DNA of 64,000 bases from Actinomycetota bacterium (GCA_016870535.1 VGBK01000003.1:5914-69913); one strand, 5' to 3'; counted from the stretch's first letter, positions 9,515 to 18,839 are shown. The notes: generated by a model not told the origin, from the sequence alone. A program made the numbers and translations.

Positions 9515-10794
9515 CCCTCCTTCAAGCGCCGCACCGCGGCGGCAAAGGCGTCGCCGCGGTGGGCATAGGAGTGGAACATGTCGAACGAGGCGCAGCCGGG
9601 GGCCAGCAGGACGGTGTCGCCGGACTGCGCCAGGCGGTCGGCCAGGGCCACCGCCTCCTCCATGCCGGCGGCGACGGTGCCGGCGGCGGCCGCCTCCACC
9701 ATCTCCGGGCCGGCCTCGCCGATGCCGATCACGTGACGCAGGCCGGGCTCGGCGCTGATGGCGGCCACGTCCAGGGCCTTGTTGCGCCCCCCGGCGATCA
9801 GGATCACCGGGGCATGGGCCCGGATGGCCGCCACCGCGGCATGCGGGTTGGTCGCCTTCGAGTCGTCCACCCAGGCCACGCCCGCCCAGCGTCCCACCAG
9901 TTCCCGTCGATGACGCGGCGCCTCGAAGGCGTGCAGGGCGGCCTCGATCCCCGCCGCGTCGGCACCGACTTCCCGGGCCGCCGTGCCGGCAGCGGCGGCG
10001 TCCACCAGGAAGATGGGGTCGGCGGCGTGGTCCACCGGCACCGCCACCGAGACGTCGCCCACCCAGAGCCGCCCGCCCTCGGGCCCGGACCCGCCGGCCG
10101 GCCGACGCTGCCCGCTCACCGGGCAGAGTCGCGCCCGGGCACCGGTCACCGCCCGCTGCGCCCCGGCGTCGTCGACGTCGAACACCAGAAGGTCGTCGGG
10201 ACCCTGGCGGCGGTGGAGGCGCGCCTTGGCCGCCAGGTAGGAGTCGAAGTCGCCGTGCCAGTCGAGGTGGTCCGGAGCCACGTTCAGGAGCACCGCCGCC
10301 CGGGGGTGGAAGGCCTCGGTGAAGCGCAACTGGAACGAGGAGGCCTCCACCACCAGGACCTCCCAGTCGCCGCCCACCGCATCGGCCAGAGGCACCCCAA
10401 TGTTGCCCACGGCGGCCGCCCGGCGGCCCGACGCCTGCAGCATGGTCACCGCCATTCGGGTGATGGTGGTCTTCCCGTTGGTGGCGGTGACCGCCAGCAG
10501 GGGGACTCTCAGGTGGCGAGCGGCGAGTTCGAGTTCTCCCCACACGGTGAGGCCGGCCGCCAGGGCGTCGCGGAGCGGGCGAGCGTGCTCCGGGATGCCG
10601 GGACTGGTGACCACCAGGTCGACCCCCTCCAGGAGCGCGGCATCCCAGGCCCCCCCGTGAGTGCGGCGGCCGTCGCCGAGGCCCTCGAGGGCCGCCGGGT
10701 CGGCGTCGTAGACGGCCACGCGGTGTCCCTCCGCCTCGAGCAGCCTCAGGGCCGCCCGGCCGCTCACCGCCGCCCCCAGCAACAGCACCTTCAT
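9511..10794 (-). CDS. murD: UDP-N-acetylmuramoylalanine--D-glutamate ligase MurD.
   Basis: MKVLLLGAAVSG Rossmann N-terminus and TATNGKTT P-loop. ATGA overlap with mraY. Confidence 0.9.
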   Translation of the reverse strand: MKVLLLGAAVSGRAALRLLEAEGHRVAVYDADPAALEGLGDGRRTHGGAWDAALLEGVDLVVTSPGIPEHARPLRDALAAGLTVWGELELAARHLRVPLLAVTATNGKTTITRMAVTMLQASGRRAAAVGNIGVPLADAVGGDWEVLVVEASSFQLRFTEAFHPRAAVLLNVAPDHLDWHGDFDSYLAAKARLHRRQGPDDLLVFDVDDAGAQRAVTGARARLCPVSGQRRPAGGSGPEGGRLWVGDVSVAVPVDHAADPIFLVDAAAAGTAAREVGADAAGIEAALHAFEAPRHRRELVGRWAGVAWVDDSKATNPHAAVAAIRAHAPVILIAGGRNKALDVAAISAEPGLRHVIGIGEAGPEMVEAAAAGTVAAGMEEAVALADRLAQSGDTVLLAPGCASFDMFHSYAHRGDAFAAAVRRLKEG

Positions 10795-11840
10795 CCCACC
10801 CCTCCCGACGTGATGAAGTCCCCGTAGAAGATGCCCAGGGCCAGCGCCACCCCCAGCCCGGCGAGGATCCAGAAGCGCACGATGACCGTCGACTCCGGCC
10901 ATCCCAGGAGCTCGAAGTGGTGATGGAGCGGGGCCATCTTGAAGACCCGGCGCCCGAAGAGGTGGAAGGAGACTATCTGGATCACCACCGAAGCGCCCTC
11001 CAGCACGAAGACCCCGCCGAGGATGACCAGGAGGAGGTCGGTGCTGGTGAGCAGGGCCAGGGCGGCCATGGCGCCTCCCAGCGCCTGTGAGCCGGTATCG
11101 CCCATGAAGATGCGGGCCGGGGCGGTGTTCCACCAGAGGAAGCCCAGGGTGGCCGCGGTGAGCGCCGCGGCCAGTATCGCCAGGTCCAGGGTCCCGCCCA
11201 CCCCGTAGAACTCCGGGTGACGGAACTGCCAGAAGGCGATGATGGTGAAGGCGCCGAAGACCAGCGCCGAGGACCCGGACGCCAGGCCGTCGAGGCCGTC
11301 GGTGAAGTTGACCGCATTCGAGGTGCCGATGATCAGCAGCAGCACCCAGACCACGTAGAACCAGCCCAGTTCGATGCCGAAGGGGCGGGTGAAGGCGAGT
11401 TGGGTGCTCACGTCCCAACTGAGCGCCCCCCAGGCGAAGAGCCCGGCGACCACTCCCTGACCGAGCAACTTCCAGGTCTTGCGCAGGCCAAGGTTGCGCG
11501 CCCGGCGCACCTTGGACAGGTCGTCGGCGAGGCCGATGAGCCCCAGGCCGACGAAGGCCAGGAGCACCAGCAGGCCGGGAGTGTGGAACTGCTTCAGAGC
11601 GAACTGCCAGGCGCCTTCATCGTTGCGCGCGTCCACGTGCCCGGCGAACCACCCCGCCACCACCGCCAGCAGGATCACCAGTCCGCCCATGGTGGGCGTC
11701 CCCCCCTTGTGCTGGTGCCCCACCACCTCCTCGCGGATGTGCTGGCCGAGCCGCCGCGCCCTGAAGAAGCGCACGGCCACCGGCGTCAGAACGATGGTGA
11801 TGCCGAAGGCCACGATGGCGGCGAGGAGCATGGCGATCAT
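10791..11840 (-). CDS. mraY: Phospho-N-acetylmuramoyl-pentapeptide transferase MraY.
   Basis: Conserved NAVNFTDGLDGLA, MGDTGS and HHHFEL motifs; polytopic membrane protein. Confidence 0.95.
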   Translation of the reverse strand: MIAMLLAAIVAFGITIVLTPVAVRFFRARRLGQHIREEVVGHQHKGGTPTMGGLVILLAVVAGWFAGHVDARNDEGAWQFALKQFHTPGLLVLLAFVGLGLIGLADDLSKVRRARNLGLRKTWKLLGQGVVAGLFAWGALSWDVSTQLAFTRPFGIELGWFYVVWVLLLIIGTSNAVNFTDGLDGLASGSSALVFGAFTIIAFWQFRHPEFYGVGGTLDLAILAAALTAATLGFLWWNTAPARIFMGDTGSQALGGAMAALALLTSTDLLLVILGGVFVLEGASVVIQIVSFHLFGRRVFKMAPLHHHFELLGWPESTVIVRFWILAGLGVALALGIFYGDFITSGGVG

Positions 11841-13291
11841 CTCGCCGCCTCCTCACGGGCCACCTGCCGATCGTCGAAGGGCAGGACCCGGTCGGCGAAC
11901 TGCTGGCCGGTCTCGTGCCCCTTGCCCAGGATGAGCACCACATCCCCGGGTCCGGCGACGCGCAGGGCCCGGCGGATGGCCACGCGGCGGTCGACCTCGG
12001 TCCGCACCTCGGCCCCCCTCCCGGCCGTGCCCGCCAGCACCTCCGCGATGATGGTCTCCGGGTCCTCCGACCGCGGGTTGTCCGAGGTGATGAAGGCGAG
12101 GTCGGCGGCGGCGGCGGCGGCGCCCATGAGGGGCCGCTTCGCCCGGTCGCGGTCGCCTCCGGCGCCCACCACGGCGATGATCCGGCCTCCCCCCGCCAGC
12201 CGGCGGGCGGCGGCGATCACCGCTTCCACCCCGTCCGGAGTATGGGCGTAGTCGACCACCACAGTGCAATCCCTCCCGGTTTCCACGAGCTCGAAACGGC
12301 CCGAGACGCCGGCCACCTCCCCCATGCCGGCGGCGATGCTATCGGCCCCGATGCCCAAGGCCGCCGCGATGCCGGCCGCTACCAGGGCATTGGCCAGGTT
12401 GAACTCGCCCGCCAGGCGGAGGCGCACCGGCGTCGGGGCGCCCCACCCCACCAGCAGGAAGGAGGAGCCGGAGAGGCGGAGGTCGACCTCGGCTGCCGTG
12501 ATCTCCGCCGGGGATTGCCGTCCCACCCGGATCACCGGCAGACGGGCCTCCCGTGCCAGGCGGGCTCCCCAGGGGTCGTCGACCCAGATCACGGCGCGCC
12601 GGGCCAGCTCCGGCACGAACAGCGACGCCTTGGCCCGGAAGTAGTCCTCCATGTCCCGGTGGAAGTCCAGGTGGTCGCGCCCCAGGTTGGTGAAGGCGGC
12701 CACCGCGAAACGGGAGGCGGCCACTCTCCCCAGAGTGAGAGCGTGGGACGACACCTCCACCGCGGCCACCCCGACCCCCGCGGCCACCATGCGGGCCAGC
12801 AGGCGCTGGAAGTCGCTCGCCTCGGGGGTGGTGCGGGGCACCGGCACCTCAGCCTCACCGATCCGGGCGCCCACGGTGCCCACCCGACCCGGCATGAGGC
12901 CGGCGGCGGCCACGATCGACTCGACCAGGTGACACACCGTCGTCTTGCCGTTGGTGCCCGTCACCCCGACCAGGCGCATCCGGTGGGATGGATCCCCGTG
13001 CACCTGCGACGCCAGGGGGCCGAGCGCGGCGCGGGTGTCGGACACGACCAGCGCCGGGCCGCCGTCGCCGGGATCCGCCTCCACGCACACCGCCGGCGAC
13101 CCGGCAGCGCGCGCCGCCGCCACGAAGCGGTGCCCGTCCACGCTGAAGCCTCGCACCGCCACGAAGAGCACTCCCGGACCGGCAGCACGCGAGTCGTGAG
13201 TGACGTCGCTCACGAGGACGTTGGGGTCGCCCACCACGCCGCCGCCCACCAGGTCGGCCAGCGTGCCCAGGCGCACCGGGTCAGGGGGCAT
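11837..13291 (-). CDS. murE: UDP-N-acetylmuramoyl-L-alanyl-D-glutamate--2,6-diaminopimelate ligase MurE.
   Basis: GVTGTNGKTT P-loop plus the MurE-specific DNPR motif (ITSDNPRSEDP) for meso-DAP recognition. A single 485-aa Mur ligase fills the whole ftsI-mraY interval, so no murF is present. Confidence 0.9.
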   Translation of the reverse strand: MPPDPVRLGTLADLVGGGVVGDPNVLVSDVTHDSRAAGPGVLFVAVRGFSVDGHRFVAAARAAGSPAVCVEADPGDGGPALVVSDTRAALGPLASQVHGDPSHRMRLVGVTGTNGKTTVCHLVESIVAAAGLMPGRVGTVGARIGEAEVPVPRTTPEASDFQRLLARMVAAGVGVAAVEVSSHALTLGRVAASRFAVAAFTNLGRDHLDFHRDMEDYFRAKASLFVPELARRAVIWVDDPWGARLAREARLPVIRVGRQSPAEITAAEVDLRLSGSSFLLVGWGAPTPVRLRLAGEFNLANALVAAGIAAALGIGADSIAAGMGEVAGVSGRFELVETGRDCTVVVDYAHTPDGVEAVIAAARRLAGGGRIIAVVGAGGDRDRAKRPLMGAAAAAADLAFITSDNPRSEDPETIIAEVLAGTAGRGAEVRTEVDRRVAIRRALRVAGPGDVVLILGKGHETGQQFADRVLPFDDRQVAREEAAR

Positions 13292-14996
13292 CGGGAGGCA
13301 CTCCCAGCTGATGCAGGGCGGCCAGCGCCACCGCGGCGAAGACCGGTGCCGCCCCCTTTCCTCCACTGGCGTCCTCCCGCGGCGAGTCGAGCACCACCGC
13401 CACCACCACTCGGGGGTCGTCGATCGGAGCCATCCCGATGAAGGAAGCCACCACATCTTCTTCGCTGTACTCCCCCGACTCGCTCAGGTACTTCCTGGTG
13501 GTGCCGGTCTTGCCGCCCACCCGGTAGCCCTCCACCGCGGCCCGGGCCCCGGTGCCCTCGTCCACCACCGCCGCCAGCATCAACCGGATCTGCCGGGCCG
13601 TCTCTGCCGACACCACCCTCTTCTGCGGGGGTGCGGTGGGGGCCCGCCCCCCCATGCCGTCCACGACCTCGGCCACCAGGTGCGGCCGCACCCACACGCC
13701 GTCGTTGGCGATGACGGAGTAGGCCACCGCCATCTGGAGGGCGGTGACGGAGACGTGGTAGCCGATGGAGGTTCCGGCGACGCAAGTGGTCACGCACCAA
13801 TCCTCCGGAGGCCGCAGGACGCCGGGGGCCTCGCCGGGGAAGTCGATCCGCGTCTGCCTGCCCTGCCCGAAAGCCACCATGTACTCGTGGAGTCGTTGCG
13901 CTCCCAGCATCTCACCAAGCAGGATGGTGCCCAGATTCGAGGACTGCGCCACGATCTCGGTGACGGTGAGCCGATCGGTGTGCTCGGTGAAGTCTTCGAA
14001 CACGGTGTCGAGGATCTGCAGTCGCTGCGGGATTTCGAGGACCGTGCCGGGGGTGACGAGGCCGGCCTCCAGCGCCGCAGCCACGGTGATGAGCTTCTGG
14101 GTGGATCCGGGCTCGAAGAGGTCGGTCACCGCCCGGTTGCGCACTTGCTCCGGGAGCAGCGAGGACCGGTCCGCCGGGTCGAAGCCGGGAAGGTTGGCCA
14201 TAGCCAGCACCGCTCCGGTTCGCGGGTCGAGCACCACGACCGACCCGGCGCGGGCGCCGGTGCGCTCGAGGCCGGAGCGCAGCGCGCCGACGGCGGCGAA
14301 CTGGATGGAGGTGCGCAGCGTCAGGACCAGGTCGCTCCCCGGCTCCGCCGGGATCACCGAGAACTCGCCCTGGGGGATGGTCCGGCCCCAAGGGTCTCGT
14401 TCCACCTCCAGCCGGCCCGGGGTGCCGGCCAGGGCCGCGTCGTAGTACAGCTCCAGCCCCTCCAGCCCGGCGTTGCTGTCGGGTTGCACGAAGCCGACGA
14501 CCTGACCCGTCAGCCACCCCGCCGGGTAGACCCGCCTCGGCTCGTCGAGGGTGTAGATCCCGGGCAGAGCCGCCGCCCGCACCCGGGCCCCATCGGCCGG
14601 GTCCATCTGGCGAGCCACATACACGAAAGTGCCCTCCGAGGTGAGCAACTCCTCGATCCGCGCCGGCTCCTGCCCGGTGAGAGAAGCCAGGTAGCGCGCC
14701 TCCACCTGCGGGTCGGTCACCTCGCGCGGGTTGGCGTAGACGGTCACCGAGTCCACGGTGAGCGCCAGTTCCCGACCCTCCCCGTCGAAGATGGTGCCCC
14801 GGGCCGCGGCCAGGATCTCGCGGTGCAGCCGCTGCTCTCTCCCGCGGGCGGCGTACTCCTCGGCCCGGGTGCCCTGCACTACCACCAGCCGGTAGCCCAC
14901 TCCTCCCCAGGCCAGGATGAGGGCCACCCCGACCATCACCAGACGGGCATTCAGCCCTCGCGGCCGCCGGCCGTTGACGGCGGAAGGAGGACGCAC
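13281..14996 (-). CDS. ftsI: Penicillin-binding protein, class B (FtsI/PBP3-like transpeptidase).
   Basis: N-terminal TM, PBP dimerisation domain, and STQK / SSN / KTGT active-site motifs. Confidence 0.9.
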   Translation of the reverse strand: MRPPSAVNGRRPRGLNARLVMVGVALILAWGGVGYRLVVVQGTRAEEYAARGREQRLHREILAAARGTIFDGEGRELALTVDSVTVYANPREVTDPQVEARYLASLTGQEPARIEELLTSEGTFVYVARQMDPADGARVRAAALPGIYTLDEPRRVYPAGWLTGQVVGFVQPDSNAGLEGLELYYDAALAGTPGRLEVERDPWGRTIPQGEFSVIPAEPGSDLVLTLRTSIQFAAVGALRSGLERTGARAGSVVVLDPRTGAVLAMANLPGFDPADRSSLLPEQVRNRAVTDLFEPGSTQKLITVAAALEAGLVTPGTVLEIPQRLQILDTVFEDFTEHTDRLTVTEIVAQSSNLGTILLGEMLGAQRLHEYMVAFGQGRQTRIDFPGEAPGVLRPPEDWCVTTCVAGTSIGYHVSVTALQMAVAYSVIANDGVWVRPHLVAEVVDGMGGRAPTAPPQKRVVSAETARQIRLMLAAVVDEGTGARAAVEGYRVGGKTGTTRKYLSESGEYSEEDVVASFIGMAPIDDPRVVVAVVLDSPREDASGGKGAAPVFAAVALAALHQLGVPPDAP

Positions 14997-15023
14997 CTCA
15001 CTCTCCCTCCCGCCGCGGCGATG

Positions 15024-15431
15024 TCATGGCTGCGCACCCAGCAGCGCCTTGAGGTCGGCCCAGCGGTCCTCCGCCCCGCGGCCGGACACCCCCACGCCTG
15101 GAACCTCAATGGTCTCCACCGCCGCCGGGTAGGCCAGTCCCATCTCCCGGGCCTGCGCCACGATGCGCTCCGGAGCCTGCAGTTCGGCCACCGTGAGGCG
15201 CAGGCGCCAGTAGCGCTCCTCCTCGGCGGCCATCTCGCGATGCACCTCCTGCAGCACGAAAGCGGAGCGGTCGAGAGAGACCCGCGAGTAGATCAACAGG
15301 AAGAAGGCCGCCAGCACCACCACCGCCAGCAGGCCCCAGGCTCCCACCCGCGGTGCCTGCCGCGCCCCGCCGACCACCACCCGGAGGGGAGCAGCCCCTG
15401 GAAAGGGCAGCGAGCGCGCCGGGGCCGTCAC
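15024..15431 (-). CDS. ftsL: Cell division protein FtsL / septum formation initiator-like.
   Basis: Small bitopic protein (TM LLAVVVLAAFFLLIY then coiled-coil EVHREMAAEEERYWRLRLTVAEL) in the conserved rsmH-ftsL-ftsI slot. GTG start at 15429-15431 overlaps the rsmH TGA. Confidence 0.7.
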   Translation of the reverse strand: MTAPARSLPFPGAAPLRVVVGGARQAPRVGAWGLLAVVVLAAFFLLIYSRVSLDRSAFVLQEVHREMAAEEERYWRLRLTVAELQAPERIVAQAREMGLAYPAAVETIEVPGVGVSGRGAEDRWADLKALLGAQP

Positions 15432-16357
15432 GGGCGCACCTTCTCCGCGGCGCGGAGGCGAGCGCTGCGGGCCCGGGGGTTGGCGGCAACCTCCTCCGCA
15501 CCGGGGACCAGTGGGCGCCGCGTGAGGAGCCGCAGTTCGGCGACCCTCCCGCACCCACAGACCGGCAGGTCGGGCGGGCAGACGCAGCCGGCCGCCCCGG
15601 CGGCGAGGCGCCGCTTCACCGTCCGGTCCTCCAGGGAGTGGTAGGAGATCACGGCTACCCGGCCTCCCGGCGACAGCACGCGCAGGGCGGCTTCGAGCCC
15701 CTCGGCAAGGGCTCCCAATTCGTCGTTGACCGCGATGCGGATCGCTTGGAAAGTGCGGCGGGCCGGGTGGGCCCGGCGCCGGACCCGAGCCGGGACGGCG
15801 GCGGCAACGACCCCGGCGAGGTCGGCGGAGTCGTGCAGGGGCCGGGCACGAACGATGGCGGCGGCGATGCGGGCGGCAGAGGGGTCTTCCCCATAGCGCC
15901 GGATGATCCGGGCGAGGTCGGCCTCATCCCAGCCGTTGACCACCTCGTCGGCGGTGAGGGCTGAATCCTCCCCCAGGCGCATGTCGAGCGGCCCGCCCCG
16001 GTGGTAGGAAAGCCCTCGGTTCCCCACGTCGAGCTGATGGGAGGAGACTCCCAGGTCGAAGAAGACGGCAGCGATCTCATCTGCTCCCACTCCTCTCAGC
16101 AGTTCCTCGAGCCGACGGAAGTTGCCCGCCAGGAAGGTGACCCGCCCCCCGAGGGCGGCGGCCTGCCCGGCGGCATCGGGATCCCGGTCGATGCCGATCA
16201 CCCGGATCTGAGGATGGGCCGCCAGCAGGGTTCGGGTATGCCCCCCGCCGCCGAAGGTGGCGTCTACGACCACGCCCCGGCTGCCGACCGGCAGCAAGGC
16301 GGCGACTTCGGCCGCCAGCACCGGGAGGTGGTAGGGAGGAGTCGGCCGGTCCATCAT
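15428..16357 (-). CDS. rsmH: 16S rRNA (cytosine1402-N4)-methyltransferase RsmH (MraW).
   Basis: Begins at the internal ATG (MMDRPTPPYHLPVL...). SAM motif VVVDATFGGGGH, and DLGVSSHQLD. Confidence 0.9.
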   Translation of the reverse strand: MMDRPTPPYHLPVLAAEVAALLPVGSRGVVVDATFGGGGHTRTLLAAHPQIRVIGIDRDPDAAGQAAALGGRVTFLAGNFRRLEELLRGVGADEIAAVFFDLGVSSHQLDVGNRGLSYHRGGPLDMRLGEDSALTADEVVNGWDEADLARIIRRYGEDPSAARIAAAIVRARPLHDSADLAGVVAAAVPARVRRRAHPARRTFQAIRIAVNDELGALAEGLEAALRVLSPGGRVAVISYHSLEDRTVKRRLAAGAAGCVCPPDLPVCGCGRVAELRLLTRRPLVPGAEEVAANPRARSARLRAAEKVRP

Positions 16358-16472
16358 CAGCCCCCCGGAGCGCTGGCGCCAAGTAGGAAGCGGGCGGAGC
16401 AAGGGGCATTCCACATGGCATCCGGGAGGCTGATGATGGGTCGGGGGCGACCCCGCAGAGGTGAAGCCGCAT

Positions 16473-16913
16473 TCAGTGCGCCTCCTCCCCCACGATGGCG
16501 TGGTGTTCCTTGAGCGCCGCATCGGCCCGGGCCTCCTCCCCCGGCCAGGCGACGGCGTCCCAAACCTCGAGGTAGGAGCCCACCCCGACGACGACCACCT
16601 CGCGCTCCAGACCGGCGCGGGTGCGCAGGCCGGCGGGCAGCTTGATCCGTCCCTGCCCGTCGAGGGCCTCGTCGCTGGCGGCGCCGAGCAGGGCCCGGGC
16701 ACGGGCGCGAGTGGCGGGGTTGCTGCGCGGCCCGTTGACCAGTTCGGCGACCTCGCGCTCGAAGTGGTCGACCGGGTAGACGTGCAGACAGGGGTCCGGG
16801 CTGGGAGTGACCACCACGCCGCGCTCCAGGCGAGCGCGGTACTTGGCCGGCATCACCACCCGGCCCTTGGCATCCACGATGTGCCGATGCGCACCGAGGA
16901 ACCCGTCGTACAC
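16473..16913 (-). CDS. mraZ: Transcriptional regulator MraZ.
   Basis: Duplicated MraZ half-domains (FLGAHRHIVDAKGRVVMPAKYR ... LDGQGRIKLPAGLR). GTG start at about 16913 chosen; the longer 235-aa ORF N-terminus is low-complexity read-through. Confidence 0.8.
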   Translation of the reverse strand: MYDGFLGAHRHIVDAKGRVVMPAKYRARLERGVVVTPSPDPCLHVYPVDHFEREVAELVNGPRSNPATRARARALLGAASDEALDGQGRIKLPAGLRTRAGLEREVVVVGVGSYLEVWDAVAWPGEEARADAALKEHHAIVGEEAH

Positions 16914-16993
16914 GATGGCCTCTCCGTCTCTCCACCGCTCCTCCACGGAGCGGTCCCGGCTGGGCGAAGGCGTCACTTTCGCCCTATGGTTCT

Positions 16994-17031
16994 CCCACTT
17001 CGCCCCACTTTCGTCCCTTTCGCGCCACTTG
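16994..17031 (-). promoter_or_regulatory. Putative MraZ operator: three phased direct repeats AAGTGG(G) on the mraZ strand (CCCACTT on +).
   Basis: Plus-strand CCCACTT at about 16994, 17004 and 17025, giving 10-bp and about 20-bp phasing, 80-120 bp upstream of the mraZ start. This resembles the GTGG-type MraZ box arrays described for other bacteria. Confidence 0.5.
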
Positions 17032-17133
17032 TCAACCCATTCCCTCCTCTCCGCCTCCTCTCTTCGGCACCGCGACCCCCGCCCTGCCCCCCTTCCTGGG
17101 TGCCGACGGCTCTCAGGGGCTAGCCTGGCCGGC

Positions 17134-17874
17134 GTGCTGGATGGACGGCGCATCCTGGTCACCGGGGGTTCGTCGGGCATCGGCCGGGCCCTGGTGCTGG
17201 CCTACGCCTCCCACCGGGCTTCGGTCTTCGCCGTTGCCCGCCGCGAGGAGGCACTGCGCGCCGTGGCCGAGGCGGCGCCGCCCGGCCGGGTCACGGGAGT
17301 GGCCGCCGATGTGGCATCCGAACCGGGCAGGCGCGCCGTCGCCACCGCCGTAGATCACGCCGGCGGCGCCCTCGACGTCGTGGTCCATGCCGCCGGCGCC
17401 CTGGGCCCGGTGGGGCCCGCGGCCCACCTGGCCCACTACCCTGCCGACGCCTGGGACCGGGTTCTGGCCATCAACCTCTCGGCGGTCCATCTCCTCCACC
17501 AGCGCCTGGCCGGTTTCCTGGAGCGAGGCCGGCGGCCCGCCCTCATCGGCGTCTCGAGCACTGTGGGACGCCGGGGCCGGGGCGGCTGGGGCGCCTACGC
17601 CGTCTCCAAGCACGCTCTCGAAGGCTGGCTCCAGGTGCTGGCGGATGAATGGGGCGAGCGAGGGCGGGTGTACTCAGTCAACCCCGGCGCCACTCGCACT
17701 CCCATGCGGGCGGAGGCCGTGCCCGGTGAAGACCCCGCCGCCCTCCCCTCTCCGGAGGAGATCACTCCCCTCTTCCTGCGCCTGGCCCACCCCGACGCGC
17801 CGGAGCCGTCGGGGATTCAACTGGAGGCGCGCTCATGGCTGGGCCGGGACCCCTGGGAGGGCCTCCCCCTCTGA
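17134..17874 (+). CDS. Short-chain dehydrogenase/reductase (SDR) family oxidoreductase.
   Basis: ILVTGGSSGIGRAL Rossmann motif, NAG-like HAAG, and YAVSKHALEG catalytic Y-x3-K. GTG start at 17134 inferred. The track ORF from 16807 runs through the mraZ promoter region. Confidence 0.8.
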   Translation: MLDGRRILVTGGSSGIGRALVLAYASHRASVFAVARREEALRAVAEAAPPGRVTGVAADVASEPGRRAVATAVDHAGGALDVVVHAAGALGPVGPAAHLAHYPADAWDRVLAINLSAVHLLHQRLAGFLERGRRPALIGVSSTVGRRGRGGWGAYAVSKHALEGWLQVLADEWGERGRVYSVNPGATRTPMRAEAVPGEDPAALPSPEEITPLFLRLAHPDAPEPSGIQLEARSWLGRDPWEGLPL

Positions 17875-17948
17875 GAGAACCTCCCCCACCGGGGGCCCGG
17901 CACCGGCCCGGTGCCTAGAGTGGCCGGCGTCACCACAAAGGAGGAGAC

Positions 17949-18260
17949 GTGAGCGGACCGACCGACCGCCTGGGCGGCACCCAGGCCAGGAAGGAGACAC
18001 CGAATCTCTGGGTGGGGCCCCTGTTCTTCCTGCTGCTGCTGCTCGTCCCCACCCTCATGCTGATCTTCTCCAACACTGAGAGCGCTCATCTGAAGCTGCT
18101 CGGCTGGGGCTGGAACGCGCCGCTCTGGGTGATCCTGCTGGCCACCTTCATTGCCGGCATCGTCCTCAGTCGCCTCTTCGGGTGGATGTGGCGGGCGTTC
18201 CGCCGGCGCCGCGCCCGCCTGCGCGCCGACTTCGACGCCGCCGACCGCGTCTCCTCCTGA
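17949..18260 (+). CDS. Small two-TM membrane protein (LapA/DUF1049-like).
   Basis: GTG start with AAAGGAGGAG SD 7 nt upstream; two hydrophobic helices; basic C-terminus. Confidence 0.6.
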   Translation: MSGPTDRLGGTQARKETPNLWVGPLFFLLLLLVPTLMLIFSNTESAHLKLLGWGWNAPLWVILLATFIAGIVLSRLFGWMWRAFRRRRARLRADFDAADRVSS

Positions 18261-18268
18261 GCCCCGGC

Positions 18269-18769
18269 TCAGCCGCCGTCGGCCAGGTAGGCCTCCCACG
18301 AGGGGGGTGGCGGGGCTGCCAGGCCGATGAGCAGCCAGCCCAGCCGACGCGGGGCGTGGGGAGTGGAGGTCAGGGTCAAGCCCGCCTCCTGCGCGGTGCG
18401 GTCGCCTTTCCGGCCGTTGCAGGACCGGCAGGCGGCGACGACGTTCTCCCAGGTGTGCTCCCCGCCGCGGCAGCGCGGCACTACATGATCGAGGTTCTCC
18501 GCCGGCGCTGAGCAGTATTGGCAGCTGTGCCGGTCGCGGGCGAACACCGCCCGCCGGCTCAAGGGCACCCGCCGCTCGTAGGGCACCTTCACATAGTGCA
18601 GCAAGCGGATCACCGATGGCACCGGCACGCTGGCCCGGGCCGAGGCCCAGCGGCGTCCGTCGCTGTGCACGAGTTCCGCCTTGGCGCGCACCAGCAACAC
18701 CACCGCCCGGCGCGCCGGCACGACGGATAGCGGCTCATACGTGGCGTTGAGCACCAGGGCCTGAGCCAT
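18269..18769 (-). CDS. HNH endonuclease.
   Basis: HNH motif region CQYCSAP...LDHVVPRCRGGEHTWENVVAACRSCNGRKG (Cys4 zinc plus the HN..N core). Confidence 0.85.
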   Translation of the reverse strand: MAQALVLNATYEPLSVVPARRAVVLLVRAKAELVHSDGRRWASARASVPVPSVIRLLHYVKVPYERRVPLSRRAVFARDRHSCQYCSAPAENLDHVVPRCRGGEHTWENVVAACRSCNGRKGDRTAQEAGLTLTSTPHAPRRLGWLLIGLAAPPPPSWEAYLADGG

Positions 18770-18810
18770 CGCCCCGGCATCGTAACAGCGGCCGGCAACG
18801 CCCCATCACC

Positions 18811-18839
18811 GACACTCTCTGCAGCTACTTGACACTCTC
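18811..18839. promoter_or_regulatory. Direct repeat GACACTCTC x2 (20-bp spacing) overlapping a TTGACA -35-like hexamer, in the divergent HNH / recombinase-like promoter region.
   Basis: ccGACACTCTCtgcagctactTGACACTCTCcg, read directly from the sequence. Confidence 0.4.
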
